Source of the DNA: Poseidonia sp.
GTDB lineage: Archaea > Thermoplasmatota > Poseidoniia > Poseidoniales > Poseidoniaceae
NCBI GenBank assembly: GCA_030827475.1
Contig: JAUREJ010000005.1
Coordinates: forward strand, 2,128-66,127
Length of the DNA stretch: 64,000 nucleotides
Direction of reading: 5' to 3'
Positions within the stretch are counted from its first letter, which is position 1. Each line of letters opens with the position of its first letter. Shown piece by piece: positions 47,311 to 57,376 of the stretch. The translations under genes were made by a program, and so were the position numbers. Below the pieces are notes generated by a model. The model did not search any database, was not told where the DNA came from, and saw only the letters and a list, made by a program, of their open reading frames with translations.

Positions 47311-48327
47311 ATGGCGGGTTTTGGCGGTATGCGCAAAGGGCGTGAAGAGGCCAAAGACAACCTCAGCTATTCCGAAGGCGGAGATTGCCCCCGGTGCGGT
47401 GGAAACGCACAGGATTCAACGATGGCAGGGTATTTGCAATGCGGCTCATGTGGGCATGAGTGGGCAGATCCCAATTATGTCGAACCAAAAAAGCGACCAG
47501 CGCCGCCAACCTACCAACGGGATGCGGAGCTTATTGAACAATTCAAACAAGAGATGACTACGGGGGAGCTTGCCAACGTTCTCGGTGTGAAAAAGAACCT
47601 CTCCGGTGAGCAGGAACAATCGCTCAAGCGCTTGGAAGAGAAATGGATGAGCGGTATGCAAGGCCATTACAACGCAGCTTCAGAAGAACGAAAACCGCTC
47701 ATGATCAGCTTTGACGACGACGACAACATCGTCTCCACGGAAGTCGCCGCCATCACCATCGTTTCCAACGGTTTTGACGGTGGCGAAGAAATCCGATTGG
47801 AGTACCCAGGGATGGGTACGGAGTTTTACGCTTACAACGAACGTAGCCCCACCGGGTGGAAGCGTGGACCAAACGCCGAGACGACCGCCCGGTCCATCAC
47901 GAACGTCATCAACCGATCATCAAAACTGGTCTATGCGACATTGGAAGGGGTAAGAATCTCTTTTGAATTGCGTGACGAGAACCTCAATGCCTCATCGTTT
48001 GTGATCTTCGTTGATGACCCTGGTGGGACCGATATCGTGGCAGAAAAGGGAGGTGTCGTCTTGGACCATCGTGATTTCTCGACCATACAAGATTACAGGA
48101 CCGTTGTTGAAATGGTCCTTGAAGACGGAATTATTTCACCAAGTGAAGACCAACTCCTATGGGCCATTCGTCAACAATTGAACATCGATGATGCCTACCA
48201 CATTCAGATGGTCATGCAACTTTCCGGGGAAAACACCCTCAAAGAATGCACCTCCTGCGGCAGCATGGCTGACTTGTATCCCGAACATGCTGCGTGGTAC
48301 TGTCATCCGTGTGATGCGTGGTGCTAA
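47311..48327 (+). CDS. Hypothetical protein with N- and C-terminal zinc ribbons
   Basis: CPRCGG..CGSCGH at the N-terminus and CTSCGS..CHPCDAWC at the C-terminus. The middle is beta-rich, followed by a DGIISPSEDQLLWAIRQQLNI helical motif. It sits immediately upstream of the actin-like gene. Confidence 0.55.
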   Translation: MAGFGGMRKGREEAKDNLSYSEGGDCPRCGGNAQDSTMAGYLQCGSCGHEWADPNYVEPKKRPAPPTYQRDAELIEQFKQEMTTGELANVLGVKKNLSGEQEQSLKRLEEKWMSGMQGHYNAASEERKPLMISFDDDDNIVSTEVAAITIVSNGFDGGEEIRLEYPGMGTEFYAYNERSPTGWKRGPNAETTARSITNVINRSSKLVYATLEGVRISFELRDENLNASSFVIFVDDPGGTDIVAEKGGVVLDHRDFSTIQDYRTVVEMVLEDGIISPSEDQLLWAIRQQLNIDDAYHIQMVMQLSGENTLKECTSCGSMADLYPEHAAWYCHPCDAWC

Positions 48328-48455
48328 ATTAAACGCAGTGACTCGTTCTATAGGAGCCTGAAACAAACTCTATTCTGCCACCCAGACCGTAGCGTCCGAA
48401 TTTCTTTTGGGGACTCTTCATAAACTCAAGTGATGTCCCAAAAGATGGTGAGCCT

Positions 48456-49481
48456 ATGGCGAAAGATGTGTTGTATATCGGAATTGACTTGGGAACCTTC
48501 CGCTCAGTGATGGTTTCTTCTGACAGCCACGAAGTTGAAGAATTGACCGTGATTGGAACACCGAAAGACCCCATTGCTCGAAATTTCTTGAAGCGCGATG
48601 TTCTCTTTGGGGAAGAAGCACTCAAAAACCGACTTGCACTCAACCTTTTCCGACCCTTGGAACTCGGAGTCATCAAGGACACGCCCGAAGACAGAGAATT
48701 CATTGCTCACTTCATCACCCATTTGATTGGTCTTTCCGACCCTGAAGAGTACGACCGCGTGGTCGCTGTTATCGGTGCTCCTGCCGAAGCAAGCCACGTC
48801 GACAAAACCGCCATCTTTGACGCAGCAGCGGGTTCTGTTAACTCCGCTATGATCATCTCCGAACCATTTGCCGTCGCTTACGCTCTTGACATGATTACCC
48901 ATACGCTGGTCATTGACATCGGTGCTGGAACGACTGACCTTTGCCGCGTCTACGGGACCATTCCAGGACCCGGTGACCAAATGCACACCGGTCATGCCGG
49001 TGACTACGTCGACAACCAACTGATCAAAGAAATCCAATCCAAGTACAACGGCGCACAAATCACCAAGGACATGGCTCGACGCTGGAAGGAAGCCTACTCG
49101 TTCGTATCGACGGCAACTCCCGATGAGCCTGTTCTCGTGGACTTTTCCATTGAAGGAAAGGCCATGACCCTCGACATCACAGACTGCATGCAGCGTGCTT
49201 GTGAATCCATCGTTGACCCCATTGTAGAGAACGTCAAGAAACTCATTGCTGGTTCTAACCCTGAATACCACGATGAGTTCCGCAAGAACATGGTTCTCGC
49301 CGGTGGCGGTTCTTCCATCAGGGGCCTCGGTGCCCTCATTGAGCGCCGTCTCTCTGACATGGGCGACGTCAACGTTCACGTTGTCGACGATCCTGTTCGC
49401 TTGGGCGCCATGGGCGGTCTCCGCCTCGCCATGGAAGTACCCGAAGAGATGTGGAAAAACCTCACGCTCGCTTCACGCTGA
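48456..49481 (+). CDS. Actin-fold ATPase, MamK/MreB-like filament protein
   Basis: Phosphate-1 YIGIDLGTFRS, VIGAPAEAS, ISEPFAVAYALD, phosphate-2 LVIDIGAGTTDLCRV, adenosine motif MVLAGGGSSIRGL. GGTGA SD before the ATG. Confidence 0.8.
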   Translation: MAKDVLYIGIDLGTFRSVMVSSDSHEVEELTVIGTPKDPIARNFLKRDVLFGEEALKNRLALNLFRPLELGVIKDTPEDREFIAHFITHLIGLSDPEEYDRVVAVIGAPAEASHVDKTAIFDAAAGSVNSAMIISEPFAVAYALDMITHTLVIDIGAGTTDLCRVYGTIPGPGDQMHTGHAGDYVDNQLIKEIQSKYNGAQITKDMARRWKEAYSFVSTATPDEPVLVDFSIEGKAMTLDITDCMQRACESIVDPIVENVKKLIAGSNPEYHDEFRKNMVLAGGGSSIRGLGALIERRLSDMGDVNVHVVDDPVRLGAMGGLRLAMEVPEEMWKNLTLASR

Positions 49482-49691
49482 TTTCTTGAGTCATGCCTAA
49501 GATGATAACATCGTCCATCGAAACCAAGGCTCTGTTCATCAGGCCATTTTCTTGAGAGGAGTGCTCGAGGCACACCGCTTGGAATTCTCTGATCTTTCGG
49601 TCAATTTGTCATCCGGAACAGGTGTGGTTCCCTCTCTGTGCATGCAAGTGGGCTCGGCAAACCGTTGGAATCCTGTACGCAGGGCTTGTGT

Positions 49692-50351
49692 TCAAGCGTT
49701 GCCGGCTCTCTCGACTTCAGCCCAGTCTCGCATAAAGCCCTCAAGACCCTTGTCGGTGAGGGGGTGGCTCATGAGTTGTCGGAAGGTCTTCGCAGGCATC
49801 GTGGCCGTATGCGCACCGAGTTGGATGCATTGCAGGACATGCGTGGGGTGGCGGATTGATGCTGCGAGCACCTTGGTGTTGAGGTCGTAGTTTGCCCACG
49901 TGTTCATGATCTCTGCAATGAGTTCCATACCGTCGTGTCCTGTATCATCGATTCGTCCAATAAAGGGTGAAACATAGGTCGCACCGGCTTTCGCAGCCAT
50001 GAGGGCTTGAGCGGCTGAGAAAATGAGGGTCACGTTTGTATCAATGCCCTCTTCGGAGAGAATTTTCGTTGCAGCAAGCCCTTCGGGTGTACAGGGGATT
50101 TTGATGATCACATTGGGAGGCAATTCGTCCTTCAATGCCCTACCTTGCTGAACCATTCCCTCGGTGTCCATGGCCGTCACCTCAGCGGATATCGGGCCTG
50201 AACAAATCCCGGCAATTTCTCGGACGACCTCTTTGAAGTCGCGGCCTGATTTTTTGATCAGCGAGGGGTTGGTCGTCACACCATCGAGGATTCCCCAGGC
50301 GGCGATTTCTCGAATTTCATCCACATCTGCAGTATCAAGGAAGAACTCCAT
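49692..50351 (-). CDS. Transaldolase / fructose-6-phosphate aldolase (short subfamily)
   Basis: [32 protein letters not shown] and the Schiff-base context NVIIKIP. An ATG at 50351 gives ~219 aa. Confidence 0.85.
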   Translation of the reverse strand: MEFFLDTADVDEIREIAAWGILDGVTTNPSLIKKSGRDFKEVVREIAGICSGPISAEVTAMDTEGMVQQGRALKDELPPNVIIKIPCTPEGLAATKILSEEGIDTNVTLIFSAAQALMAAKAGATYVSPFIGRIDDTGHDGMELIAEIMNTWANYDLNTKVLAASIRHPTHVLQCIQLGAHTATMPAKTFRQLMSHPLTDKGLEGFMRDWAEVERAGNA

Positions 50352-50408
50352 GATACCTGTTCCTCCAAGGGATTCTATGAACTCTCCCCTGTGGTCGACC
50401 ATCACGGA

Positions 50409-51347
50409 TTAGGCCTTTCGAGCGATGGCCCGCTTGGCAGCAGCTGCGATAAAAGGTGCTGAAATTTCCATGACTTCGAGCATTTCATCGGATTGTCCTG
50501 ACTCACCGAATCGGTCCTTGACGCCGACGCGCTCAAGTGGAGCATACGTGTTAGCGGTGAGGTGCTCTGCAACCGCTCCTCCAAGGCCTCCGATGACGTT
50601 GTGGTCCTCTGCCGTCACCAAGGCACCGCACGTTAAGACAAGGTTGTCGATAAGGGGGCCGTCCAGTGGCTTGAGGGTGTGCATGTCGACAACGCTCGCT
50701 TGGATGCCTTCTGCTTGAAGGCTTTCAGCGGCCTTGAGGGCTTCCGAGACCATCACACCGCAAGCAATGATGGCAACATCGCTTCCTTCTTTGAGCACGA
50801 TTCCCTTTCCGATTTCAATTTCGTTTTCCCGACCTTCGTACAGAACGGGTGTTTTGTTGCGTGCTGTCCTCATGTACGATGGCGAAGCCTTGTCAGCGAG
50901 TTGAATCGTAAGTTGCTTGGTGGAAACAACATCGCTTGGATTCATCACGATAACGTTGGGAAGAGTGCGGTAAATCGCCAGGTCTTCGATGGATTGCGCC
51001 GATGATCCGTCCGTTCCCGTGTGCGTCCCTCCGTGGCTCCCGCAAACGTGGACAGCAAGGTTTGGTCGAGCAACACCGTTTCTCATTTGTTCAAAGGCAC
51101 GTTCGGTAAAAATTGCAAAAGTGCTCGCAAAGGGAATGTATCCTGAGGCTGCAAGTCCTGCACCGATCAGCAACATGTTCTGTTCGCCAATGCCACAGGA
51201 AACGGTCCTCTCCGGGTGTGCCTTTCGAAAGTGAAGCGATTTTGTGGATTTCCCGAGATCGGCTTCAAGAACGACAACTTTGGGGTTATTGGCCAGTTCG
51301 AGAAGCGCCTCGCCGTACCCGTCACGCGTTGCTGCCATCTTGGTCAT
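50409..51347 (-). CDS. Transketolase, C-terminal (pyrimidine-binding) subunit
   Basis: TRDGYGEALLELA, GIGEQNMLLIGAGLA, and HGGTHTGTDGSSAQSIEDLA. Confidence 0.9.
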   Translation of the reverse strand: MTKMAATRDGYGEALLELANNPKVVVLEADLGKSTKSLHFRKAHPERTVSCGIGEQNMLLIGAGLAASGYIPFASTFAIFTERAFEQMRNGVARPNLAVHVCGSHGGTHTGTDGSSAQSIEDLAIYRTLPNVIVMNPSDVVSTKQLTIQLADKASPSYMRTARNKTPVLYEGRENEIEIGKGIVLKEGSDVAIIACGVMVSEALKAAESLQAEGIQASVVDMHTLKPLDGPLIDNLVLTCGALVTAEDHNVIGGLGGAVAEHLTANTYAPLERVGVKDRFGESGQSDEMLEVMEISAPFIAAAAKRAIARKA

Positions 51348-52168
51348 GCGCCCACCTCACCAAGTTCTTGCATGGCCAATGCATACTGTTCGTCGTTTGG
51401 AGCTGCACCGTGGAAGGCGGGGTTGTCCGCCATGAACGAGACACCGTGGCCTTTCACGGTGTGGGCAATCAAAATCGAAGGGCCGCTGTTCGTTGTCGAC
51501 AGGAATTGCATTCCATCCACGATCTCTTCCATATTGTGGCCGTCAATTTCTTTCACGTTCCATCCAAACGCCTTCCATTTCGCTGGAATGTCAAACATGC
51601 GCATTTGGGCTTCACAGAAGTCGTCGTTTTGTATTCGGTTCCGGTCCAAAATGACGTTAAGGTTGCCGAGTTCATGGTGTGCTGCCGCCATGGCCGCCTC
51701 CCAAACGCTTCCTTCCTGAAGTTCCCCGTCACCGAGCATGACGTAGACTTGGCGTTCACTTTCCTCAAGACGTCCGGCGATGGCAGCCCCCAAGCCGAAG
51801 GAGAGACCCATTCCGAGCGAACCTGCTGAGAAATCAACGCCTGGGCACCATTTCATGTCGACGTGACCCTGGCAGATGCCTCCGAGGACCCGATAAGATG
51901 TCAAATCCTCCTCTGAGATGAATCCCATTTCTGCGAGGATTGCATACATTCCAGGCGAAGCATGCCCCTTTGAGAGGATGAACCGGTCGCGGTCTTCCCA
52001 ACGTGGATCCGATGGGCGAACGCGGAGGGTCGTTTTGTAGAGTGCAACGAGCAAATCGATTTCAGAAAGTGAACCGCCAGGGTGACCGGCTTGTGCCCGA
52101 TGAACCATGTTCACGATATGGACGCGACAACGCCGGGCGAGTTCTCTTAATTCATCTGGACTTGTCAT
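51344..52168 (-). CDS. Transketolase, N-terminal (TPP-binding) subunit
   Basis: AQAGHPGGSLS, ILSKGHASP and MLGDGELQEGSVWEA. A 4-nt overlap with the C-terminal subunit gene. Confidence 0.9.
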   Translation of the reverse strand: MTSPDELRELARRCRVHIVNMVHRAQAGHPGGSLSEIDLLVALYKTTLRVRPSDPRWEDRDRFILSKGHASPGMYAILAEMGFISEEDLTSYRVLGGICQGHVDMKWCPGVDFSAGSLGMGLSFGLGAAIAGRLEESERQVYVMLGDGELQEGSVWEAAMAAAHHELGNLNVILDRNRIQNDDFCEAQMRMFDIPAKWKAFGWNVKEIDGHNMEEIVDGMQFLSTTNSGPSILIAHTVKGHGVSFMADNPAFHGAAPNDEQYALAMQELGEVGA

Positions 52169-52243
52169 GGGACCACTTGCCCCAACGGCTTCATGGATGG
52201 CCTTTGATGGTTGTGCCTGCGGCCGCTCATGGTTCGGGATGCA

Positions 52244-54289
52244 TCAGCGACGTTTTGGCTGCAAAGCATCGATGAGGTTTCGTACAGCGTCGGCCGTCAC
52301 CATCACGGCATCGCCTGCGAGGGTGCCGCCTTTGGGCAACGCCCTCGATGCGAGCCAGATAAACACGGCAACAAACCATGCAAAGAATACAAGCGAGAAG
52401 ACGTTGTTGAGGGTCACGATGCCAAAAATTTCGGGGAGGTCGATTTTTGCGACGATCAAAACGGCGATGAGGACCCCCATGATCGACTCTCCAGCAATGA
52501 AACCGGCCCCGATGAGCACGCCCCTGTTCTCCACTTCCTTCGCGGCTTCAACGGCACGGGGTGAGGGTTCGGCTCTCAATACACCGTCAACCCGAAGATG
52601 AGCGCTCCTCAACAGGACGTGAGAGATGATACCACCCGCCATGATAGGTACGGAGAGGCCAAGCGGGAGGTAGATTCCAATGGCGACGCTCATCACCGGC
52701 ATGTTAAGCCGAATCAGGGCCACAGCGATTGCAGCACCGAGGACGACCATCTGAATGTTGAGGTCGCCTCCAAAAGCGCCCTGGACGATGGCGCCAATCA
52801 ATTCAGCCTGCGGTGCAAAAAGGGCCTTGGAACAGGTGGGGTCGCCAGGGAGCGGGTTCATCTGGCAAGCTGTTTGTGAAATTCGAAAAGCATCGTGGAG
52901 CAGCGACAAGACGGGGCCGATGACCACGGCGCCGGTAAGGACGCCGATGATTTCGGCAGTTTGCTGTCGTTTTGGGGTCGCCCCAAGCATGTGACCGGTT
53001 TTCAAGTCCTGCATGACATCGCCAGCGATAGCAGCACTTGAGGCCACGATAGCAGCGATGAGCAAGGTGGCGTACATGAGGTCTTGGCGAGCCATCCCTA
53101 ACATCACATCGCCGACGATGTAGACCAAGCCGACCGTGAACAAGAGCGTTGCAATGGTCATCCCCGAAACGGGCGAATTGGATGAGCCAACAACTCCAGC
53201 AATGTACCCCGCAACGGCTGCGAAAAAGAAGGCGACAAATGCCAAAAACAGTGCGCCCGCTAGAGCGAGGACAAAGGATTCGGTTGCCCACCAGTAAAAG
53301 AAGAACGTGAGGCCGACCAATGCTGCACAGGCCATGAACACGATGTTCATTGAAATATCTTGTTCGGTTCGAGGGAGTGCAGTCTCGTTTTCTCCACTCT
53401 TCACGAAGGCCTTTGAGAGGCCGGTGATGATGGTCTTCCTCATTGACCAGAGGGTATAGACGCCCCCGACAACCATCGCTCCAACGCCGACATACCGAAT
53501 TTGGGTTGACCAAATGCTGTAAAATCCATCGACGAGAGAATCGGTTGCAGGCCACCCGTAGATGAGGCCGTACATGGGGACGAGAAGGCCAAAACCAAGC
53601 ACGCCCCCAAAGAAGATGAACGATGCGATTCGAATCCCGACGATGTAGCCCACCGAGAGAAGGGCGATGGAAAGGTCCATGCCCGCATAAAGTCGAGTTG
53701 AAACAAACGAGAAGGCTCCTTCCACGGTGTGGTGTGTTACTTCAAACCCCTTTACCATCAAGCCGTAAACGCCACCAATGGCCAGTGCATAGAGAATGGC
53801 GAGTGCCCCTTCGCCCCCTTCTTCCCCGGCAACCAAGACCTCTCTGCAAGCCACGCCTTCCGGATATGGCAACGCTTCTTCAACGATGAAAAGACGACGC
53901 AGTGCAATGGTGAACATGGTTCCGAGCAATCCTCCAAGGGTTGCAATGATCAGCGTCTCCATCCATTGGATGCTCGTCCAGAGGTTCATGACCAGCAAGG
54001 CGGGAACCGTGAAAATCACCCCTGCTGCCAGCGATTCTCCTGCAGAAGCCATGGTTTGAACGGCGTTGTTTTCAAGGATGGAGACGTCTTTGAACATCGA
54101 CCGGAGAATGATCATCGACATGACTGCTGCGGGAATGCTGGCTGAAACGGTCATGCCCGCATAGAGTCCTAGGTAGGCGTTTGCCGCTGTCATCAATACG
54201 CCAAGGACGATTCCCACGCCAATGACCCGGCCCGTCAGTTCGAGCGGTGATTCATCCGCAGGGATGTAGGGCTCTTGCGCACCGCTCAT
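52244..54289 (-). CDS. OPT-superfamily oligopeptide transporter
   Basis: 681 aa with ~16 TM segments. ELTGRVIGVGIVLGVLMTAANAYLGLYAGMTVSASIPAAVMSM is the typical OPT N-terminal block. Confidence 0.8.
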   Translation of the reverse strand: MSGAQEPYIPADESPLELTGRVIGVGIVLGVLMTAANAYLGLYAGMTVSASIPAAVMSMIILRSMFKDVSILENNAVQTMASAGESLAAGVIFTVPALLVMNLWTSIQWMETLIIATLGGLLGTMFTIALRRLFIVEEALPYPEGVACREVLVAGEEGGEGALAILYALAIGGVYGLMVKGFEVTHHTVEGAFSFVSTRLYAGMDLSIALLSVGYIVGIRIASFIFFGGVLGFGLLVPMYGLIYGWPATDSLVDGFYSIWSTQIRYVGVGAMVVGGVYTLWSMRKTIITGLSKAFVKSGENETALPRTEQDISMNIVFMACAALVGLTFFFYWWATESFVLALAGALFLAFVAFFFAAVAGYIAGVVGSSNSPVSGMTIATLLFTVGLVYIVGDVMLGMARQDLMYATLLIAAIVASSAAIAGDVMQDLKTGHMLGATPKRQQTAEIIGVLTGAVVIGPVLSLLHDAFRISQTACQMNPLPGDPTCSKALFAPQAELIGAIVQGAFGGDLNIQMVVLGAAIAVALIRLNMPVMSVAIGIYLPLGLSVPIMAGGIISHVLLRSAHLRVDGVLRAEPSPRAVEAAKEVENRGVLIGAGFIAGESIMGVLIAVLIVAKIDLPEIFGIVTLNNVFSLVFFAWFVAVFIWLASRALPKGGTLAGDAVMVTADAVRNLIDALQPKRR

Positions 54290-54339
54290 GCTCGGGCCAT
54301 GTCAAAGAGGTAGGTATAGCCTGCGATGAGCGTCGAATG

Positions 54340-54383
54340 AAAATATAGAGTCTTTGGTGGGTGCCCCATCCTGCCATATAATA
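54340..54383. promoter_or_regulatory. AT-rich TATA-like elements in the divergent OPT / P-type ATPase intergenic region
   Basis: AAAATATAG (54340-48) and ATATAATA (54376-83) are the only AT-rich blocks in the 153-nt divergent spacer. Confidence 0.25.
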
Positions 54384-54442
54384 GAGGGGCCGTGTGAGCA
54401 GGGAGTGGTTTTGGTGCAAGCCATGGCCGCAGGTGAGCGTTT

Positions 54443-57331
54443 ATGAACATGGAGTGGCACACCCTTTCCCCGGAGGACAGCATCGCCCGACAAGACAGTT
54501 CCATCGAGGGTATCTCAATGGAGGAAGTTCAAACTCGAACGAAACGTTACGGGTTCAACAAACTCGCAGAACCTGAGAAAACACCAGCATTTTTACGGTT
54601 CATTTCTCAGTACAACGACCCCTTAAATTACCTCCTTATTGGTGCTGCTTTGGTGGCACTCGCCATCCATCCTGATCAGCCCGGTGATGCGATTTTCATT
54701 TTTATTGTGCTCACGGCCAATGCTTTTTTTGGTTTCTGGCAGGAAGGTCAAGCCGAGCAAGCGATGGACTCCTTGAAACAGATGTCCGTCTCGACATGTG
54801 TGGTCATACGCGGAACTTTTGAAAGTGAAATTCCTACTCCTGAGTTGGTTCCAGGGGACATCGTTTGTTTGGAACAAGGCCTCAATGTTCCAGCTGATGT
54901 CCGCATGATTCGTTCGTTGCAGTGTAAAATTGACGAATCAGCACTGACCGGTGAATCCCTCACGGTTCGTAAGACAGTTGACGCATTGCCTGCAGGAACC
55001 GTGCTCGCAGAGCGGACCAACATGGCGTACATGGGCACCACCGTGTCGTCGGGTCGTGGTTTGGGTTTGGTGATTGGCACTGGAATGAACACTGAACTCG
55101 GAAAAATTGCACAAAATCTTGCCGAAAGCACGACGCCGAAAACACCGCTGGAATTGAAACTCGAAAGTCTCGGTCGTTTTCTGGGTTTCATTGCCCTCGT
55201 CGTCGCCGTTTTGTTGGTGAGTCTAAACCTGATCGTATCCTACGGTCGACCCGGTGTCGATCTCAAGGAGGTCGCAGTCCAGCAATTCATTGTCGCCATT
55301 GCCATCTTCGTTGCCATTGTACCCGAAGGCCTCCCCATTATTTTGGTCATCACCTTGTCTCTTGGAATGCGAAACATGGCTCGTCATAAAGCCATCATCC
55401 GTCGTATGAAGGCGGTCGAAACGCTCGGGTCAACCACCGTTATCTGCTCTGATAAAACGGGGACGTTGACAAAAAACCAGATGACGGTTCGTCAAATCTT
55501 CACCCTCGACGAAGACTTCGGCGTTTCCGGGGAGGGATTCAAGCCCGATGGGAATTTAGTACGCCACGGCATAGAACTTTCCGATGACGACCTTCAAGCC
55601 CATCAGTCCGACATGGGTTTTCGTCTGCTGAGCGCATGTTTGTCTCTCTGTCACAATTCAACCATCGCAAAAACGGATGGACTCTGGCAGGCGATTGGTG
55701 ATCCTACGGATTCAGCCTGCGCTGTTGCCGGATGGAAAATCAACGGAGACGTCAAGAAATTTGCTCATCGGCACCCGAGGATCAATGAATTCTTTTTTGA
55801 TTCAACTCGCAAACGCATGAGCGTTCTTCACGAATACCAAGGGAGCCGATGGGTGTTTTCCAAAGGCAGCGTAGAAGGCTATGCTGATTTGATGACCTCG
55901 AAAATCGTGCACAACGAAGTGGTGCCGTTAACGAAAGACGACCACACCTCAATTCGGGATATGAACGAAACCATGGGTGGGAAGGCCATGCGTGTTATCG
56001 GTTTGTTCGCCCGTCCTTTTGGTGAGGATGAGGACATGAACGATGTGAAAACCATTGAATCGAACTTGGTCTTCCTCGGACTGATTGGCATCATGGACCC
56101 GCCTCGCCCTGAAGTGAAAGACGCCATTGCAACCTGTCAACGCGCAGGAATCAAAGTGAAAATGATCACCGGCGACCAACAAATGACGGCCGCAGCCATC
56201 GGCAGGGAGTTGGACATCAAATCGGGCACGCTCGGTACACTTGACGGTCAAAGCCTCTCCGAGATGTCGGACGAAGAATTGATCAACGTTTCAGCCAACG
56301 TTTCGATTTACGCCCGCGTCACTCCCGACCAAAAAATGCGCATTGTTTCGTCGCTTCAGGCCCAAGGTGAAATCGTGGCCATGACCGGTGACGGCGTGAA
56401 CGACGCACCTGCGCTTTCAGGGGCAAACATTGGTGTGGCCATGGGCATATCCGGAACGGATGTTGCAAAGGATGCGGCCGACATGGTGCTGCAGGATGAT
56501 AACTTTGCAAACATTGTCCATGCCGTGGAAGAAGGTCGAAAAATCTACCAGAACATTCGGAATTTTGTTCGCTATCAGGTGTCCACCAACGTGGCTGCCG
56601 TCTTACTCTTGGTCCTCGCCACCGTGCTCTTCGGCCCTGAATCCATACCGTTAACGGCAACACAGATTCTTGTGATCAACATCTTGATGGACGGTCCGCC
56701 TGCGGTGGCATTGGGCGTTGAAAAGAAACACGGTAACGTCATGAATCAACCTCCGAGGCCGGTAGACGAAGGTTTACCGAACGGAAAAGATATTTCATTG
56801 ATTTTTTACCTCGGAATCGTCATGGTCACGGGCACACTCGCCATCTTTTATCTCGCAGGTGGAGGCTTAGCTGAATGCGAAATGCTGCCAACGGAAACAA
56901 CAACCACGGCCTTTGACGTCGTAGCCTGTAACGCTGGAGATGTTGAGGAGTTGAACAAATGGCAGGTTTACGCTGACGGCCATTTCGCTCATGCCCAAAC
57001 CATGACCTTCTCGGTGTTCATCGTCTTCCAATTGTTCAATGTGCTGAATTGCCGCTCAAACGATCAATCCGTTTTCGAGTTGGGGCTGTTTTCCAATCGT
57101 GCCATCAACCTCGCCTTGTTGATCTCCGGTGGGTTGTTGCTCTTCTTCGTCCAGCTGGCCGATGCATCGATCCCGCTGGTTGGTATACAGGTGGGCAATT
57201 TGCTCTCAACAACCACCCTTTCCGCAAACGATTGGACTGTCGTGGTCCTCGTTGCTTCCGGTGTTTTCATCATCGAGGAGTTCAGGAAATTACTCGTGAA
57301 ATCAAAGTTCTTTTCGGTTCGGGCACCCTGA
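54443..57331 (+). CDS. Cation-transporting P-type ATPase (type II, Ca2+/Na+-ATPase-like)
   Basis: TGES, IVPEGLP (M4), CSDKTGTLT, KGS, MITGDQ and MTGDGVNDAPAL. 962 aa. Confidence 0.9.
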   Translation: MNMEWHTLSPEDSIARQDSSIEGISMEEVQTRTKRYGFNKLAEPEKTPAFLRFISQYNDPLNYLLIGAALVALAIHPDQPGDAIFIFIVLTANAFFGFWQEGQAEQAMDSLKQMSVSTCVVIRGTFESEIPTPELVPGDIVCLEQGLNVPADVRMIRSLQCKIDESALTGESLTVRKTVDALPAGTVLAERTNMAYMGTTVSSGRGLGLVIGTGMNTELGKIAQNLAESTTPKTPLELKLESLGRFLGFIALVVAVLLVSLNLIVSYGRPGVDLKEVAVQQFIVAIAIFVAIVPEGLPIILVITLSLGMRNMARHKAIIRRMKAVETLGSTTVICSDKTGTLTKNQMTVRQIFTLDEDFGVSGEGFKPDGNLVRHGIELSDDDLQAHQSDMGFRLLSACLSLCHNSTIAKTDGLWQAIGDPTDSACAVAGWKINGDVKKFAHRHPRINEFFFDSTRKRMSVLHEYQGSRWVFSKGSVEGYADLMTSKIVHNEVVPLTKDDHTSIRDMNETMGGKAMRVIGLFARPFGEDEDMNDVKTIESNLVFLGLIGIMDPPRPEVKDAIATCQRAGIKVKMITGDQQMTAAAIGRELDIKSGTLGTLDGQSLSEMSDEELINVSANVSIYARVTPDQKMRIVSSLQAQGEIVAMTGDGVNDAPALSGANIGVAMGISGTDVAKDAADMVLQDDNFANIVHAVEEGRKIYQNIRNFVRYQVSTNVAAVLLLVLATVLFGPESIPLTATQILVINILMDGPPAVALGVEKKHGNVMNQPPRPVDEGLPNGKDISLIFYLGIVMVTGTLAIFYLAGGGLAECEMLPTETTTTAFDVVACNAGDVEELNKWQVYADGHFAHAQTMTFSVFIVFQLFNVLNCRSNDQSVFELGLFSNRAINLALLISGGLLLFFVQLADASIPLVGIQVGNLLSTTTLSANDWTVVVLVASGVFIIEEFRKLLVKSKFFSVRAP

Positions 57332-57376
57332 CGGTGGGAAGCACATCTTCATGAACACCGGCATGGTGAGGGAACC

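Noticed and set aside
48504-49379. A 291-aa minus-strand ORF opposite the actin-like gene.
   Set aside because: The plus strand has complete actin-fold motifs and an SD. The antisense product has no recognisable features.
49482-49691. Possible C/D-box sRNA in the convergent intergenic region after the actin-like gene. UGAUGA-like strings occur on both strands (AGATGATA and CCTGATGA).
   Set aside because: I found no properly spaced D/D' CUGA boxes or terminal stem on either strand.
51113-51829. Plus-strand ORFs (238 aa and 167 aa) across the transketolase subunit junction.
   Set aside because: They are antisense to two transketolase subunit genes with clear TPP- and pyrimidine-binding motifs.
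52803-53555. A 250-aa alternative-frame ORF within the OPT transporter gene on the same strand.
   Set aside because: The translation is Arg/Cys/His-rich and unlike a real protein. The OPT frame is continuous and hydrophobic as expected.
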